Shown in pieces: positions 8,698 to 18,331 of a stretch of 64,000 bases of DNA. The notes below the pieces were generated by a model that saw only the letters and a list, made by a program, of their open reading frames with translations, was not told the DNA's origin and searched no databases. Location: contig JBOEGF010000011.1 in assembly GCA_050633305.1 (NCBI GenBank), positions 171,944 to 235,943 of the forward strand, given 5' to 3'. Position 1 is the first letter of the stretch; the number at the start of each line of letters is the position of its first letter. The position numbers and the translations under genes are program-made. The DNA comes from Nannocystales bacterium (GTDB lineage: Bacteria; Myxococcota_A; Polyangia; Nannocystales; Nannocystaceae).

Positions 8698-10695
8698 TCA
8701 GCTAGGCTCTTTGGGCTCGGGCAGCCCCGCCATGATCGCGGTGAACTCGGGATGGTTCGGTGCGGCCTGCAGTGCCGCCTGACAGACCTGACGCGCCTCG
8801 TCGAACATGTTGGCGTCGCGCATGGTCGAGGCGAGCGAGATGACGGGCTCGATGTCGCGGGGGTTGATTGCGACGACCGCTCGCAGGTGCTCGACGGCCT
8901 CTTTGGGCCGACCTTGCTTGCGCAGGATGGCAGCGATGAGGTTGCGAATCTCGCCGTCGTTGGGACGCAGCTTGACCGCGTTCATGAGGTGACCCAGCGC
9001 TGCGGTGTCGCCTTCGGCTTCCCGGACCGCCAGAGCGAGCATCAGGTGGGGCTGCCAGAACTTCTCGTCGGCCGCGATGACCTCCCGAAGGAACTTGGCG
9101 GCCTCGGAGGACTGCCCTGCGTCGCCGGAGCGGACCTGCTCCATGGCCGTGTCGTAGCGGTCCTCGAAGTCGTCCATCGTGGTCTGCAGCAGACCACGAC
9201 GAGCGAACGCGTCGTCGTCGAGCGAGCGGCGAGGCAGCTCGAGGATCTTCTGGAGGTACTCTTTTGCCTTTTCGGGGGCGTCGTCGTTGTCCTCGTCGTC
9301 GAGGTGCATCGAAGCGACGTAGCGCAGCACCGTCGCGCTTCCCGAGAACTTCTCGGCGGCTTCTTGGAGCAGTTTGGTGGCGTCCTCGAGACCTTCGTCC
9401 TCGTGTAGGTCGAGCAGCATGTCGAGCGTGCTCTTGCCGATGCCGTCGAGGGTCACGGCGGTGCGGAGCAGCTGCATCGCCTCGTCGCGATCCTCGGAGG
9501 ATTGGTCGTCTGCGCCGCTGCTGCGGTCCCACAGCACGTTGGCGAGGTCGCCGTATGCGGTGGGGACCTTGCCTTCTTCGATCGAACGTCGGAGGAAGGG
9601 CTCAGCCTCGTCGAACTTGTCGTTCTCGATCAGCAGCGAGCCGATGCGCGCCATGACCAGCGGGCTTTCGTTGCCCTTCTCTGCGGCAAACTCAGCGACC
9701 TTGAGCGCGTTGTCGTTGTCACCTGCGGCACGCAGGGTGTCGATGAACTGCGTGGTGATCTGCTCGTCGGTGGGATCGAGGTTGAACGCCTGGTTGAAGT
9801 GCTGGACCGACGATGCCGCGTCGCCGAGGCGTCGGAACAGGGTCGCGAGGTGGTGCCACGCTTGCTTGTCTTCCTTGCGCTTCTGCGCGGCGACCGAGAG
9901 CGCCTGCAGCGACAAAGGAATCGCGCTCTTGTCGATGGGGTTGTTGACCAGGATGTCGGTCATCATGTGCAGCCCTTGCATGGCGTTGTCCATGCCGGGG
10001 TCGCGGTTGATGGCGTCGACGAACGGCGTGAGCAGCTGGTCGGGCGTCGTCGGAATGCAGCGGCCTTGAAGGGCGCTGAGGTTGCCCAAGCCGACCAGGA
10101 ACGACATCAGGGCGGCCTGATTGTCGGTGCCGAACGCAGACTTGGTGTCGGTCTCTTCGACCTCGGTGTCGAAGTGCCCGCCCAGCTCCTTGAGGACGCC
10201 GAGCATGCGCTCGGGGAGCTGCTCGGCTTCGGAGCCCCAGCTCCACTTGCCCAGCTCCTTGAAGCCGGACTCGCCCTCGCGCTCGACCAAGCGGGAGGTC
10301 AGGGCGATGTTCTGCTCGTCGACCCGGATGTCGGTGACGAGGCCGAACTTCGCGTTGGGAAAGCGGTTGATGCCTTCGAGCGCGCGCTCGTCGGTCCACG
10401 GCTCCCGGAACACCATGAGCGCGGGGACTTCTCGGCCGCCTTGGTCGGCCATCGCAGTGAACACGGGAGCGGCCGCTTGCACACCACGGGTGGCGAGCTC
10501 TTGGGCCCACCAACGCTGCACGCCCATGGCGAGCGGAGCACCCTTGCCCTCGTTCGTGCAAGCGAACGGGAGGATCACGAGCTTGATGTCGGCGGCAGCT
10601 TCCGCGACCGCTTCCGGATCGTCTTCGCCCTCGTTGAACATCACGTCGTCCGGACCCTCTTGCTCGGTGCCCTGCGTGTCGTCTTCGCTTGCCAT
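8698..10695 (-). CDS. Tetratricopeptide repeat protein
   Basis: Multiple TPR-like repeats (AWHHLATLFRRLGD, AVKLRPNDGEIRNLIA, ALQAAPNHPE); strong codon bias; start at MASEDD inferred. Confidence 0.8.
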   Translation of the reverse strand: MASEDDTQGTEQEGPDDVMFNEGEDDPEAVAEAAADIKLVILPFACTNEGKGAPLAMGVQRWWAQELATRGVQAAAPVFTAMADQGGREVPALMVFREPWTDERALEGINRFPNAKFGLVTDIRVDEQNIALTSRLVEREGESGFKELGKWSWGSEAEQLPERMLGVLKELGGHFDTEVEETDTKSAFGTDNQAALMSFLVGLGNLSALQGRCIPTTPDQLLTPFVDAINRDPGMDNAMQGLHMMTDILVNNPIDKSAIPLSLQALSVAAQKRKEDKQAWHHLATLFRRLGDAASSVQHFNQAFNLDPTDEQITTQFIDTLRAAGDNDNALKVAEFAAEKGNESPLVMARIGSLLIENDKFDEAEPFLRRSIEEGKVPTAYGDLANVLWDRSSGADDQSSEDRDEAMQLLRTAVTLDGIGKSTLDMLLDLHEDEGLEDATKLLQEAAEKFSGSATVLRYVASMHLDDEDNDDAPEKAKEYLQKILELPRRSLDDDAFARRGLLQTTMDDFEDRYDTAMEQVRSGDAGQSSEAAKFLREVIAADEKFWQPHLMLALAVREAEGDTAALGHLMNAVKLRPNDGEIRNLIAAILRKQGRPKEAVEHLRAVVAINPRDIEPVISLASTMRDANMFDEARQVCQAALQAAPNHPEFTAIMAGLPEPKEPS

Positions 10696-10769
10696 AAGGC
10701 GGGAACCTAACAGCCTGCCGGAGCGCCCGCCAAGCACTGTGGCCCCGGCCCTGGTACGGTCTTTGTGCC

Positions 10770-12227
10770 ATGTCCCACGTGCCTGTGGCAGCGATCAGCG
10801 CTGCGTCCGCAATCGCCGCGATCCTGGGCGGCTGCGTCGAGCCCAGCGTCGACGTGGTGGCGGCCTGGGTCGAGTCCGTCGATGACGGTTCCGGCCGGGA
10901 TATCCAGATCTACGACCGGGGCCGGCGCTACGCGATCCGGTTGGAGCCGGAGGTCAGCGGCTCAGAACTGGAGCACTTCGGCATGGCGGTCGATGCCCGG
11001 GGCCGAGGGGTCGCGCTGGCGGGCAAGCGCCAGACCGCATTTGTGGGCCTGGTCGACACGCGGCAACCGGTGCTGTCGAACCAGGTTCTCGGCGGCGCGC
11101 CGCTGAGTCCGCTGTTCGGCTTCACGCGGAGCGGGGACGCGTTGCTCCGGGCGCCCGACGGCACGACGGCCTCGCGCTACTCCTTCATGCCAACCTCATC
11201 CCCGGGGGCGGGGGTGCAAACGCTGCTCGAGCCCCCGGATGCGTTGGTGACCGGCGCCTTCGAGCTGATCTCCGCATCCGATGCGCCCGTCCTGTATTGG
11301 ATCGAACACCAAGGCGTGCCGTCTCGGGCCTCGGGGCGGGTCACGGCGTTCGGATACCCCAGCGACGTGGAGCCGGGCGGGTTGGAGCTCTCGGAGATCA
11401 CCGAACTGGGGTCGGGGCAGATCTACGCCGGCCCTCCCGATCTGGTGTCCGACCTGCAAGCCCCGGACACGTGGTGTCCCCACCGGACTTGTGTCTCGCC
11501 CGACGGACGAGGGATCATCGCGCCGGCGCCGGGCCGCTGCAGGTTCTGGACATGGGCTTGGGCGGACGAGCCCGGTCCCAGCGGGGAAATCGCGCCGCGG
11601 GAGGTGGTGATTCAAGAAGGGTGTCCTGAAGACCCCCGGACGCTTCCCTCGCTGTTCGCGGCGCTCGACGTGGATCTGGCGGTGCTCGACGATGGCGACC
11701 GGGTCTACCTGGCGGACCTGTCCGCCAAGACCATGCGCTCGGCACCGAAGCTTTGGGACAACCCTGGCTCGATCCGGCTGACGGCAGGGGGGCGGTCCAT
11801 CGTCTTGGTCTCGGACGACTCCCGTGTTGTTCGGGTCGGTGCCGACGGCCCGCGGATTATCTCGGGGGACGCGCTCCCCTGCGCCGGACCGCCGTCCAAT
11901 GCTCGGATCAGCCCCAATGGCCTGTGGGTCGCCCGGGTCTGCTTGGGCGATGGGACGTTCGCCTCGAGCTCGGAAGCGTTGATCATGCGGATCTCGCCGC
12001 TGGGCGTCGAGACGTTCGTGTCGGTGCCGATGGACGTCATCGGGATCGATGACGGTGGCAACATCTTGATGTACAGCCGCTCCGACAACGGCGAGCCGCG
12101 GGGGCTGTTCGTTCTCGAAGACGACGGCGGGGTCACCCGGATCGATGCGCTCGAACCCGAGCCCGACCTCGTGTCGGGCGTGGACGGCAATGAGATCTAC
12201 TTCAGCGCCGCGGTCGTGCGGCCCTGA
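10770..12227 (+). CDS. Hypothetical lipoprotein (beta-propeller-like)
   Basis: LGGC lipobox; SPDG/SPNG blade-like motifs. Confidence 0.65.
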   Translation: MSHVPVAAISAASAIAAILGGCVEPSVDVVAAWVESVDDGSGRDIQIYDRGRRYAIRLEPEVSGSELEHFGMAVDARGRGVALAGKRQTAFVGLVDTRQPVLSNQVLGGAPLSPLFGFTRSGDALLRAPDGTTASRYSFMPTSSPGAGVQTLLEPPDALVTGAFELISASDAPVLYWIEHQGVPSRASGRVTAFGYPSDVEPGGLELSEITELGSGQIYAGPPDLVSDLQAPDTWCPHRTCVSPDGRGIIAPAPGRCRFWTWAWADEPGPSGEIAPREVVIQEGCPEDPRTLPSLFAALDVDLAVLDDGDRVYLADLSAKTMRSAPKLWDNPGSIRLTAGGRSIVLVSDDSRVVRVGADGPRIISGDALPCAGPPSNARISPNGLWVARVCLGDGTFASSSEALIMRISPLGVETFVSVPMDVIGIDDGGNILMYSRSDNGEPRGLFVLEDDGGVTRIDALEPEPDLVSGVDGNEIYFSAAVVRP

Positions 12228-12230
12228 GCG

Positions 12231-13289
12231 TCAGATGTCGGCGTTGAGCATCAGCGTGAGCGTCCCTGTGCCCTCGTTGGGGACGTCGGTCGGAGCGTCG
12301 AGGGGGAGCGACACCGCGTCCCCCGCGTCGGGCAGCAGCACCCCTGCGCTGAGGTTGCGGTTGCGGTCGAGCACCGCGTTGGCGCTGTATTGGCCAGCGT
12401 GAATCTGCTCGACGACCAGGGTGACCTCCGTCGACCCGGCGGGCGCTTCGGCGAGCATGGTGCGGCTGGGCACGCAGTTGGCGATCGGGTTGAGTCCGCA
12501 GGCGGTGTCGCTGAGGACGAGCCAGACATCGGCCGGCTCTTCGAGCGGCACGCTCCACTGGGCCTCAACCTCGAGTTGAGGCATCGGGGGGAAGGGGGCG
12601 TCGGTGGGTTCGGGGAGGGGCGTGGGAAAGTCTCCGCCGACGGTCCTAGGCTCCAAGCGGTTTGCGACCCATTCAATGTGTCGCATACCCATGACGTCGA
12701 CATCGAGCCGGAGTCGGTCCGCCGTCTCGAATGCGAATCGGGCGTCGATGTAGCCGCAACCCGCTGAGATCGAACAAAACCGCCACGTGTCCCCCGTGCG
12801 CTCCTCCAGGACCGCTTTCGAGTCCCGGAGAATGCCGAGGAACTCGCCGCCGTTGCGGAAGACGAGCTCCGATTGACCGTCGTGCTCCTCGAGTTGGAAC
12901 GCAAACCGCAGCGAGTTGTCCGCATCCAGGTCCACGCGTGAGAACAGCACGCTGTCGCTGGCGGCTCGCACGTCCATGTTCATCGTGGGAAAGCTCCCCG
13001 CCGAGGTCCAGGATGTGACCGGAGCCACCCACAGGCCGACGATCGCCTCGAAGAAGGCGGCCGAATCGACGTCGGCGCCACCGCTGCCGTCGCCCGCCGT
13101 GGTCTCGTCCGAGCTGCTGCTCGGGACGGTGCTTGCCGTGCTGTCTTCGTCTACGGATTGGGTCTCCGTGCTGCCGGACCCAGTCGCGCCAGGTCCGGTC
13201 GAACCCGCGGCGTCCTCTCCCGAGGTTCCGCAGGCGGTCAACATCAGGAGAACTCCCGCGAGGCTCAGGGGTGTCTTCAAGCTAAGCAT
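12231..13289 (-). CDS. Hypothetical lipoprotein
   Basis: LTAC lipobox, Ser/Thr/Gly linker, beta-rich domains. Confidence 0.7.
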   Translation of the reverse strand: MLSLKTPLSLAGVLLMLTACGTSGEDAAGSTGPGATGSGSTETQSVDEDSTASTVPSSSSDETTAGDGSGGADVDSAAFFEAIVGLWVAPVTSWTSAGSFPTMNMDVRAASDSVLFSRVDLDADNSLRFAFQLEEHDGQSELVFRNGGEFLGILRDSKAVLEERTGDTWRFCSISAGCGYIDARFAFETADRLRLDVDVMGMRHIEWVANRLEPRTVGGDFPTPLPEPTDAPFPPMPQLEVEAQWSVPLEEPADVWLVLSDTACGLNPIANCVPSRTMLAEAPAGSTEVTLVVEQIHAGQYSANAVLDRNRNLSAGVLLPDAGDAVSLPLDAPTDVPNEGTGTLTLMLNADI

Positions 13290-13351
13290 GGTCCGTCAGT
13301 CGCTCTAGGATTCGATCCGGATGCACCGCCCACGCGGCCGTGTGATCGTCG

Positions 13352-14533
13352 CTACGGCTTCGCGAGCGCGGTGATGCGGTCCATCATTCGGTGGACCTCG
13401 GCTTCGGTGTTGTAGAAGTGGGGGCCCAGGCGCAGCCCACACCCGGGGCGCCAGTCGTGCTTGTAGCGCTCCTCGATGAGCTGTTCGGAGACCTGCTCCG
13501 AGTTGGAGAACTCGACCGCGACGAATCCGGTCCGCACCCGGCTGTCGGTCGGCGAGTGAATCTGAAGCCCGGCGCCTTGGGCTCGGTCGATGATGATCTG
13601 GCACAACGCCAGGTTGTGGGCGCGAATGTTCTCGACGCCGACCTCCAAGAGGGTTTGGTAGGCGGCGTGCGCCACGTAGTACGCGGGCATCGATGGGGTG
13701 CCGCCCATGAAGTGCCAGGGCCCCTGCGCGTATCGGATCGGCGCTGGCTCGAAGGAGAACGGAGCGGCGTGACCCATCCAGCCCGTGAGGCGGGGCTGAA
13801 GTTGTTCCGCGAGGCCAGGGCGCGTCCATAGAAACGCGGTTCCGGGACCGCCGCAGAGCCACTTGTGACTCCCACCCACGACCAGGTCTACGCCCAGCTC
13901 GACCACATCGAACGGCAGGACACCGGCGGTCTGGTAGACGTCGAGCATCACGAGCGCGCCGACCTCGTGGGCCCTGGCGCAGATCGCCTTGACGTCCTGC
14001 AGAGCTCCCGAGACGTACACCGCGTGGCTGATCGAGACGACAGCCGTCGTCTCGTCGATCGCCTCGAGCATGCGCTCGGTGCTGATCGTCATCCCGTCGT
14101 CGCTGGGAACCAGGTCGAGCTGGGCTCCGAGGTCGCGGTAACGGTCCCAGACGTAGATCACGTTGGGGAACATCAACGACTCGATCACCACCTTATTGCG
14201 AGGCCCGGACCAGTCGAAACAGCTCGCGATTGCGGCCTGAAAGAAGGCGACGTTTTGGTTGAGTGTGGTGTGGCCGGGCGTCCCGCCGAAGAACTTGGCG
14301 ACGGTGTCGCCGACCTCGGTCACCAGGTCGGTCCAGCCGTGCCACGCCTCGACGCCTTGCTCCTCCCAGGTGTCGGCATATCGGGTCAGCGCTCCGCGGG
14401 CCGCCGTTGGCATGGCGCCCATCGAGTTGCTGTTCATGTACGTGCTGGTCGCGAGGATCGGGTAGTCGTCGCGGAAGCGGGCCAGCGCGGGATCAATCTT
14501 CGGGGGAGGGTTCGAGTTCACGGGGGGCACCAT
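13352..14533 (-). CDS. Class V PLP aminotransferase, kynureninase-like
   Basis: YMNSNSMG, LDVYQTAG, GGSHKWLCGGPG (PLP lysine), LRLGPHFYN; start approximate and overlaps the upstream CDS end. Confidence 0.85.
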   Translation of the reverse strand: MVPPVNSNPPPKIDPALARFRDDYPILATSTYMNSNSMGAMPTAARGALTRYADTWEEQGVEAWHGWTDLVTEVGDTVAKFFGGTPGHTTLNQNVAFFQAAIASCFDWSGPRNKVVIESLMFPNVIYVWDRYRDLGAQLDLVPSDDGMTISTERMLEAIDETTAVVSISHAVYVSGALQDVKAICARAHEVGALVMLDVYQTAGVLPFDVVELGVDLVVGGSHKWLCGGPGTAFLWTRPGLAEQLQPRLTGWMGHAAPFSFEPAPIRYAQGPWHFMGGTPSMPAYYVAHAAYQTLLEVGVENIRAHNLALCQIIIDRAQGAGLQIHSPTDSRVRTGFVAVEFSNSEQVSEQLIEERYKHDWRPGCGLRLGPHFYNTEAEVHRMMDRITALAKP

Positions 14534-15422
14534 CGTCGTCGGTGGGGGAAGGCTCGGGGGCGGGGGGCTCGGGGGTCCGGTAGGGGTCGAAGCGGGACAC
14601 GCTGACGCGGCGGGTGTTGAAGCGCTCGAGCTCCGCTTCGGTGAACGCATCCTGCGGATCGCTGAACTCACGCTGGACGAACTGCGTAATGATCTGCCTG
14701 GCCTCGTCGCCAGCTTTGCGTCGCAGCCGATCCACCGTGAGCACGGCGTCGGCCGGAATGCCAGCCGTGTCGGTGCTCAGCCGGTCCTCGCAGGCGTCCC
14801 AGTGCTCGAACAGGATTTCGCGTCGCCGTTCGAGCGAGACCGACTCGTCCTTGGCCACCGCGAGGAGGTCAGCAGGAAGCTCGCGCAGACGCTTCTGAAT
14901 CTGGCCCCGATTCCAGGCGATCGCGAGGTCGGTGCGGAACGCCTCGGTCTCTCGGAGCGCGCTCATCTTCGCCCCGGTCAGCAGGTCGTGGCCAGAGGCC
15001 CGGATGAGCCACTCCAGCGGACCCTGCATGCCGAACCCAGCGGGCCTGGAGGCGAAGCTGGATGCGCCGGGCCGTTTCCCGATCTTTCCGTTCTGCGAGT
15101 CCGCGGACGAAGGGCGTCGCCAACGATCTGCGAAGTAGGTCCGCCCATCCGGAGCGACGGTCATCGTGAAGCGACGTTCCGAGTCGACGTAGCGATAGCT
15201 TCCGTCGGGGAGCCGCTCGAGTCCGAGGTCCGCCGGGCGAGCTCGGACCGTGGCGGTGGGCTGTTCCTGCAGCACTGGGGCGGGGGGCGGCCCGCCCGAG
15301 GGCGCGCCACCGGGAGGCGGTGGCGCGGTGATGCGTTCTTCAGGCGGCCGGCGCGTCTCGGACGGCGGGGCCCACCCAAGTGCGACCGTGAGCAGCAGCG
15401 AGACGAGCATCGGCATCAGCAT
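14493..15422 (-). CDS. Hypothetical exported protein
   Basis: Signal-peptide-like N-terminus, Pro-rich linker; co-oriented with gcvH and the PLP enzyme gene. Confidence 0.65.
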   Translation of the reverse strand: MLMPMLVSLLLTVALGWAPPSETRRPPEERITAPPPPGGAPSGGPPPAPVLQEQPTATVRARPADLGLERLPDGSYRYVDSERRFTMTVAPDGRTYFADRWRRPSSADSQNGKIGKRPGASSFASRPAGFGMQGPLEWLIRASGHDLLTGAKMSALRETEAFRTDLAIAWNRGQIQKRLRELPADLLAVAKDESVSLERRREILFEHWDACEDRLSTDTAGIPADAVLTVDRLRRKAGDEARQIITQFVQREFSDPQDAFTEAELERFNTRRVSVSRFDPYRTPEPPAPEPSPTDDDGAPRELEPSPED

Positions 15423-15495
15423 GCCGCAGCTCGGTCGCCCGGTACCGTGCGGCCCCGCACAGCTGGTGGCGGGGAACAGGGCCGGCGTGCCGCTC

Positions 15496-15882
15496 TCAGC
15501 CGTCGGCGGTCAGCTTGGTGTAGGCCTCCACGTCCATCAGCCCTTCAAACGCGGCTGGGTCCGAGGGCTTGATCTTGAGCATCCAGCCGCCTTCGTACGG
15601 CGCCTCGTTGACGCTCTCGGGGGCGTCTTCGAGCGCGGCGTTGATCTCGACGACCTCGCCGTCGACCGGTGCGTACAGCTCGGAGACCGCCTTGACGGAA
15701 TCCACGTCCCCAAAGGTCTCACCGACGGTCAGTGCGGTGCCTGCTTCGGGCAGCGTCACCATCGTGATGTCGCCGAGCTGCTCGACAGCGTGGGACGTGA
15801 TGCCCACGACCAGGAGGTCGCCCTCTTTGCGGGCCCACTCGTGCTCTTTGGTGTAGCGGAGGTCTGCAGGAAACTCGCTCAT
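15496..15882 (-). CDS. gcvH: Glycine cleavage system H protein
   Basis: LRYTKEHEW, GITSHAVEQLGDI, DSVKAVSELYAP (lipoyl Lys), PYEGGW. Confidence 0.96.
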   Translation of the reverse strand: MSEFPADLRYTKEHEWARKEGDLLVVGITSHAVEQLGDITMVTLPEAGTALTVGETFGDVDSVKAVSELYAPVDGEVVEINAALEDAPESVNEAPYEGGWMLKIKPSDPAAFEGLMDVEAYTKLTADG

Positions 15883-16007
15883 GTTGGTGCTCGTTTGAAT
15901 CGGAGTTGCTGGAGGAGCAGGGGCTTGGACGCACCCCTGGTTTTGACGGGCGCCGGGCAGCCTCGCTGCCGCAGCGGTTGGGATCGAAGGGTGATCCCAC
16001 GAGAGGG

Positions 16008-17099
16008 CTAGCTTCGTTTGTAGAAGGGTCCCTTGACCTGCTCGGCTTCGAGGATGCGGCCGCGTTGCGAGAGTCGCAGCGCGCCGCCGGGGGATGCCAT
16101 TGTCTTGGGCACGTACGCCAGACCGATCGCACCCCCGACCGTGGGCGCGACGCCGCCCGAGGTCACGCGGCCGACGACGGAATCGTCTTCGCCCAGGACG
16201 TCTGCGCCGGCGCGGACGATCCCGCGGGAGGTCACCTTGAAGCCGACGAGCTTTCGGGACACGCCCTGCGCCTTGACGGCACGGAGCGCCTCTTGGCCGA
16301 TGAACGGGTGGGGCTTGTCGAGTTTGACGACCCAGCCCAGACCCGCTTCGTAGGGGTTGGTGGTGGTGTCGATGTCGTTGCCGTACAGCGAGAGCCGGGC
16401 TTCCAAACGAAGGGTGTCCCGCGCTCCCAGCCCGATCGGCTTCGCGCCTGCGGTCGTCAGCGTGTTCCAAACGGGGACGGCGGCGTCGGCGGGCACGAAC
16501 AACTCGAATCCGTCCTCTCCGGTGTAGCCGGTCCGGGCCGCGAGGACCCGAACGCCCGCGACGTTGCCCTCACCCATCCCGAAGGAGGGAACCTCAGCAA
16601 GGGCGGCGCCGCCAAGCTCGGCCGCCATGGCGACGGCACCGGGCCCTTGAACCGCCAGCAGCGCGAACTCGCCCGACCGGTCGGTCATCGTGCAGTCGCC
16701 CTCGAACGAGGCGAGGCCGGCCTCGAAGTGGGCGATGTCCTGGGCGATGTTCGCGGCGTTGATGACGATGCGATACGTCTGCTCGGCCAGTTGGTAGACG
16801 ATGCAGTCGTCGACGATGCCGCCGTCTTCCTGGCAGGTGACCGTGTACTGGGCCTTGCCCGGGACGAGCTTGCTGACGTCGTGGGTGACGAGCTTGGCGA
16901 CTGCAGCCTGGGCGTCGGCCCCGACGAAGTCGACCTCGCCCATGTGGGAGACGTCGAAGATCCCGACGCCGGTGCGCACGGCCTCGTGCTCGGCGAGGAT
17001 GCCCTCGTATTGGATAGGCATATCCCAGCCGCCGAAGGCGGTCATCTTCGCGCCAAGGGCGACGTGGGCGGCGTGCAGGGGCGTGGTCTGAAGGGTCAT
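16008..17099 (-). CDS. gcvT: Glycine cleavage system aminomethyltransferase T
   Basis: TPLH...FGGWDMPIQY, FDVSHMGE, RTGYTGEDGFE, GLGARDTLRLEA. Confidence 0.96.
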   Translation of the reverse strand: MTLQTTPLHAAHVALGAKMTAFGGWDMPIQYEGILAEHEAVRTGVGIFDVSHMGEVDFVGADAQAAVAKLVTHDVSKLVPGKAQYTVTCQEDGGIVDDCIVYQLAEQTYRIVINAANIAQDIAHFEAGLASFEGDCTMTDRSGEFALLAVQGPGAVAMAAELGGAALAEVPSFGMGEGNVAGVRVLAARTGYTGEDGFELFVPADAAVPVWNTLTTAGAKPIGLGARDTLRLEARLSLYGNDIDTTTNPYEAGLGWVVKLDKPHPFIGQEALRAVKAQGVSRKLVGFKVTSRGIVRAGADVLGEDDSVVGRVTSGGVAPTVGGAIGLAYVPKTMASPGGALRLSQRGRILEAEQVKGPFYKRS

Positions 17100-17193
17100 C
17101 GCGGCGCCTGCACTATCGAGCACCCGGCCCGGGCAGCGCAAGCGGTGGCAGGGGCCTTTGTCGGGGGGCGGCGGGCTTGCTAGATCACCCGGA

Positions 17194-18276
17194 GTGACTT
17201 TGTCTTTCGCCGCTCTCGCCTCGCGTCGCGTGCGCTGTCTTCTCGTCGCGGCCGCCTTGATGGGCGGTTGTCGGGGGAGGGGCACCGACGAACCCGAGGT
17301 CGAGCAAACGCAGCTGCAGGCGCAAGCCACGATCCGAAAGGCGATCCGTTCGTCACCGGAAGGGTTCATCTTCTTGCCTTCGAAGCGGGCGCAGCGGGTG
17401 TACGAGTTGCCGCGCCTCAACGAAATCGCGCAGAGCATGCGACAGCCGGCCGCCGCGTGTTTCCTCGAGCAAGCGGTGCAGACGATGCGCACGGCCCCCG
17501 AGGCGGACCTCGGCTTCGCGGAGATTCCCGACGGCCAGGCGAAACTCCGGATGCGAGTCGCGGCGGATGGAAAGGTTCTGCGGGTCGAAACGCTCGAGAC
17601 CGGCTTCTCCACGGAGGCTGTGCCCGAGTGTGTGGCCGATGAGCTTCAGCGCCGCCGGTTTCCTTCGAACGAGACCGGGACAGCGCACTACATCGACGTG
17701 GTGTACTGGGTGAGCCTGGGGCCGCAGCCGACCACGAACGGGCATGGCGAGCGCGTCCGTCGTGAGCAGGTGGAAGCGGGCGTGCGTGCCAAGAAGTGCT
17801 TGCAAGGCCGCGTCGGCGAAGGCTCTTACGCGGTGGCCGGTCTGAACCTCGTCGCCTCCAACGGGGCAACGGTCGCCAACCGAGTCGAACAAGAGGGCTT
17901 GCCCGACGACGTGCGCCAGTGTGTCGCCACGGCGTTTCGCGCCCTGCGTCTGCTCGCCGACGAGTCCACGTTCATTCGACCCGTGGTCGTCGGTACCCGG
18001 TTCGCCGTTGGGTCGGATGGCGGCGTCAAGGTGGACGACGAGGAGTGGCTGCGGTTGCTGGAACTCGAGGAACGGGCGCGTCGCGACTCGCTCCGCGCCG
18101 AGCAGGAGGCGGTCTCGCCCGTCGATACGCTTCCTCGCACGGCCCCTCCTCCCGAGCCTGGACGTCCGTCGCAGGGGGAGGCGGATGCCGAGCCGCAACC
18201 GCAGGCGCCCAAAGCCGACCCCGGTCAAGGAGGGCTTCGCCTGCGGATGGGCCCTCGCGAGGGTGGGACCTTGTAG
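17194..18276 (+). CDS. Lipoprotein with tandem AgmX/PglI-type (TonB_C-like) domains
   Basis: MGGC lipobox; two repeats of the C....G......V...G.V.........V..CV......FP pattern. Confidence 0.6.
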   Translation: MTLSFAALASRRVRCLLVAAALMGGCRGRGTDEPEVEQTQLQAQATIRKAIRSSPEGFIFLPSKRAQRVYELPRLNEIAQSMRQPAAACFLEQAVQTMRTAPEADLGFAEIPDGQAKLRMRVAADGKVLRVETLETGFSTEAVPECVADELQRRRFPSNETGTAHYIDVVYWVSLGPQPTTNGHGERVRREQVEAGVRAKKCLQGRVGEGSYAVAGLNLVASNGATVANRVEQEGLPDDVRQCVATAFRALRLLADESTFIRPVVVGTRFAVGSDGGVKVDDEEWLRLLELEERARRDSLRAEQEAVSPVDTLPRTAPPPEPGRPSQGEADAEPQPQAPKADPGQGGLRLRMGPREGGTL

Positions 18277-18331
18277 CGGAGCCAAGCGGGGACCGCACCT
18301 GTCTGCGGGTGATCCTCGCGGCCGCCGTGCT

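Noticed and set aside
15883..17160. Glycine riboswitch associated with gcvT/gcvH
   Set aside because: No glycine aptamer consensus seen, and the gcvT leader is under 100 bp and shared with a divergent gene
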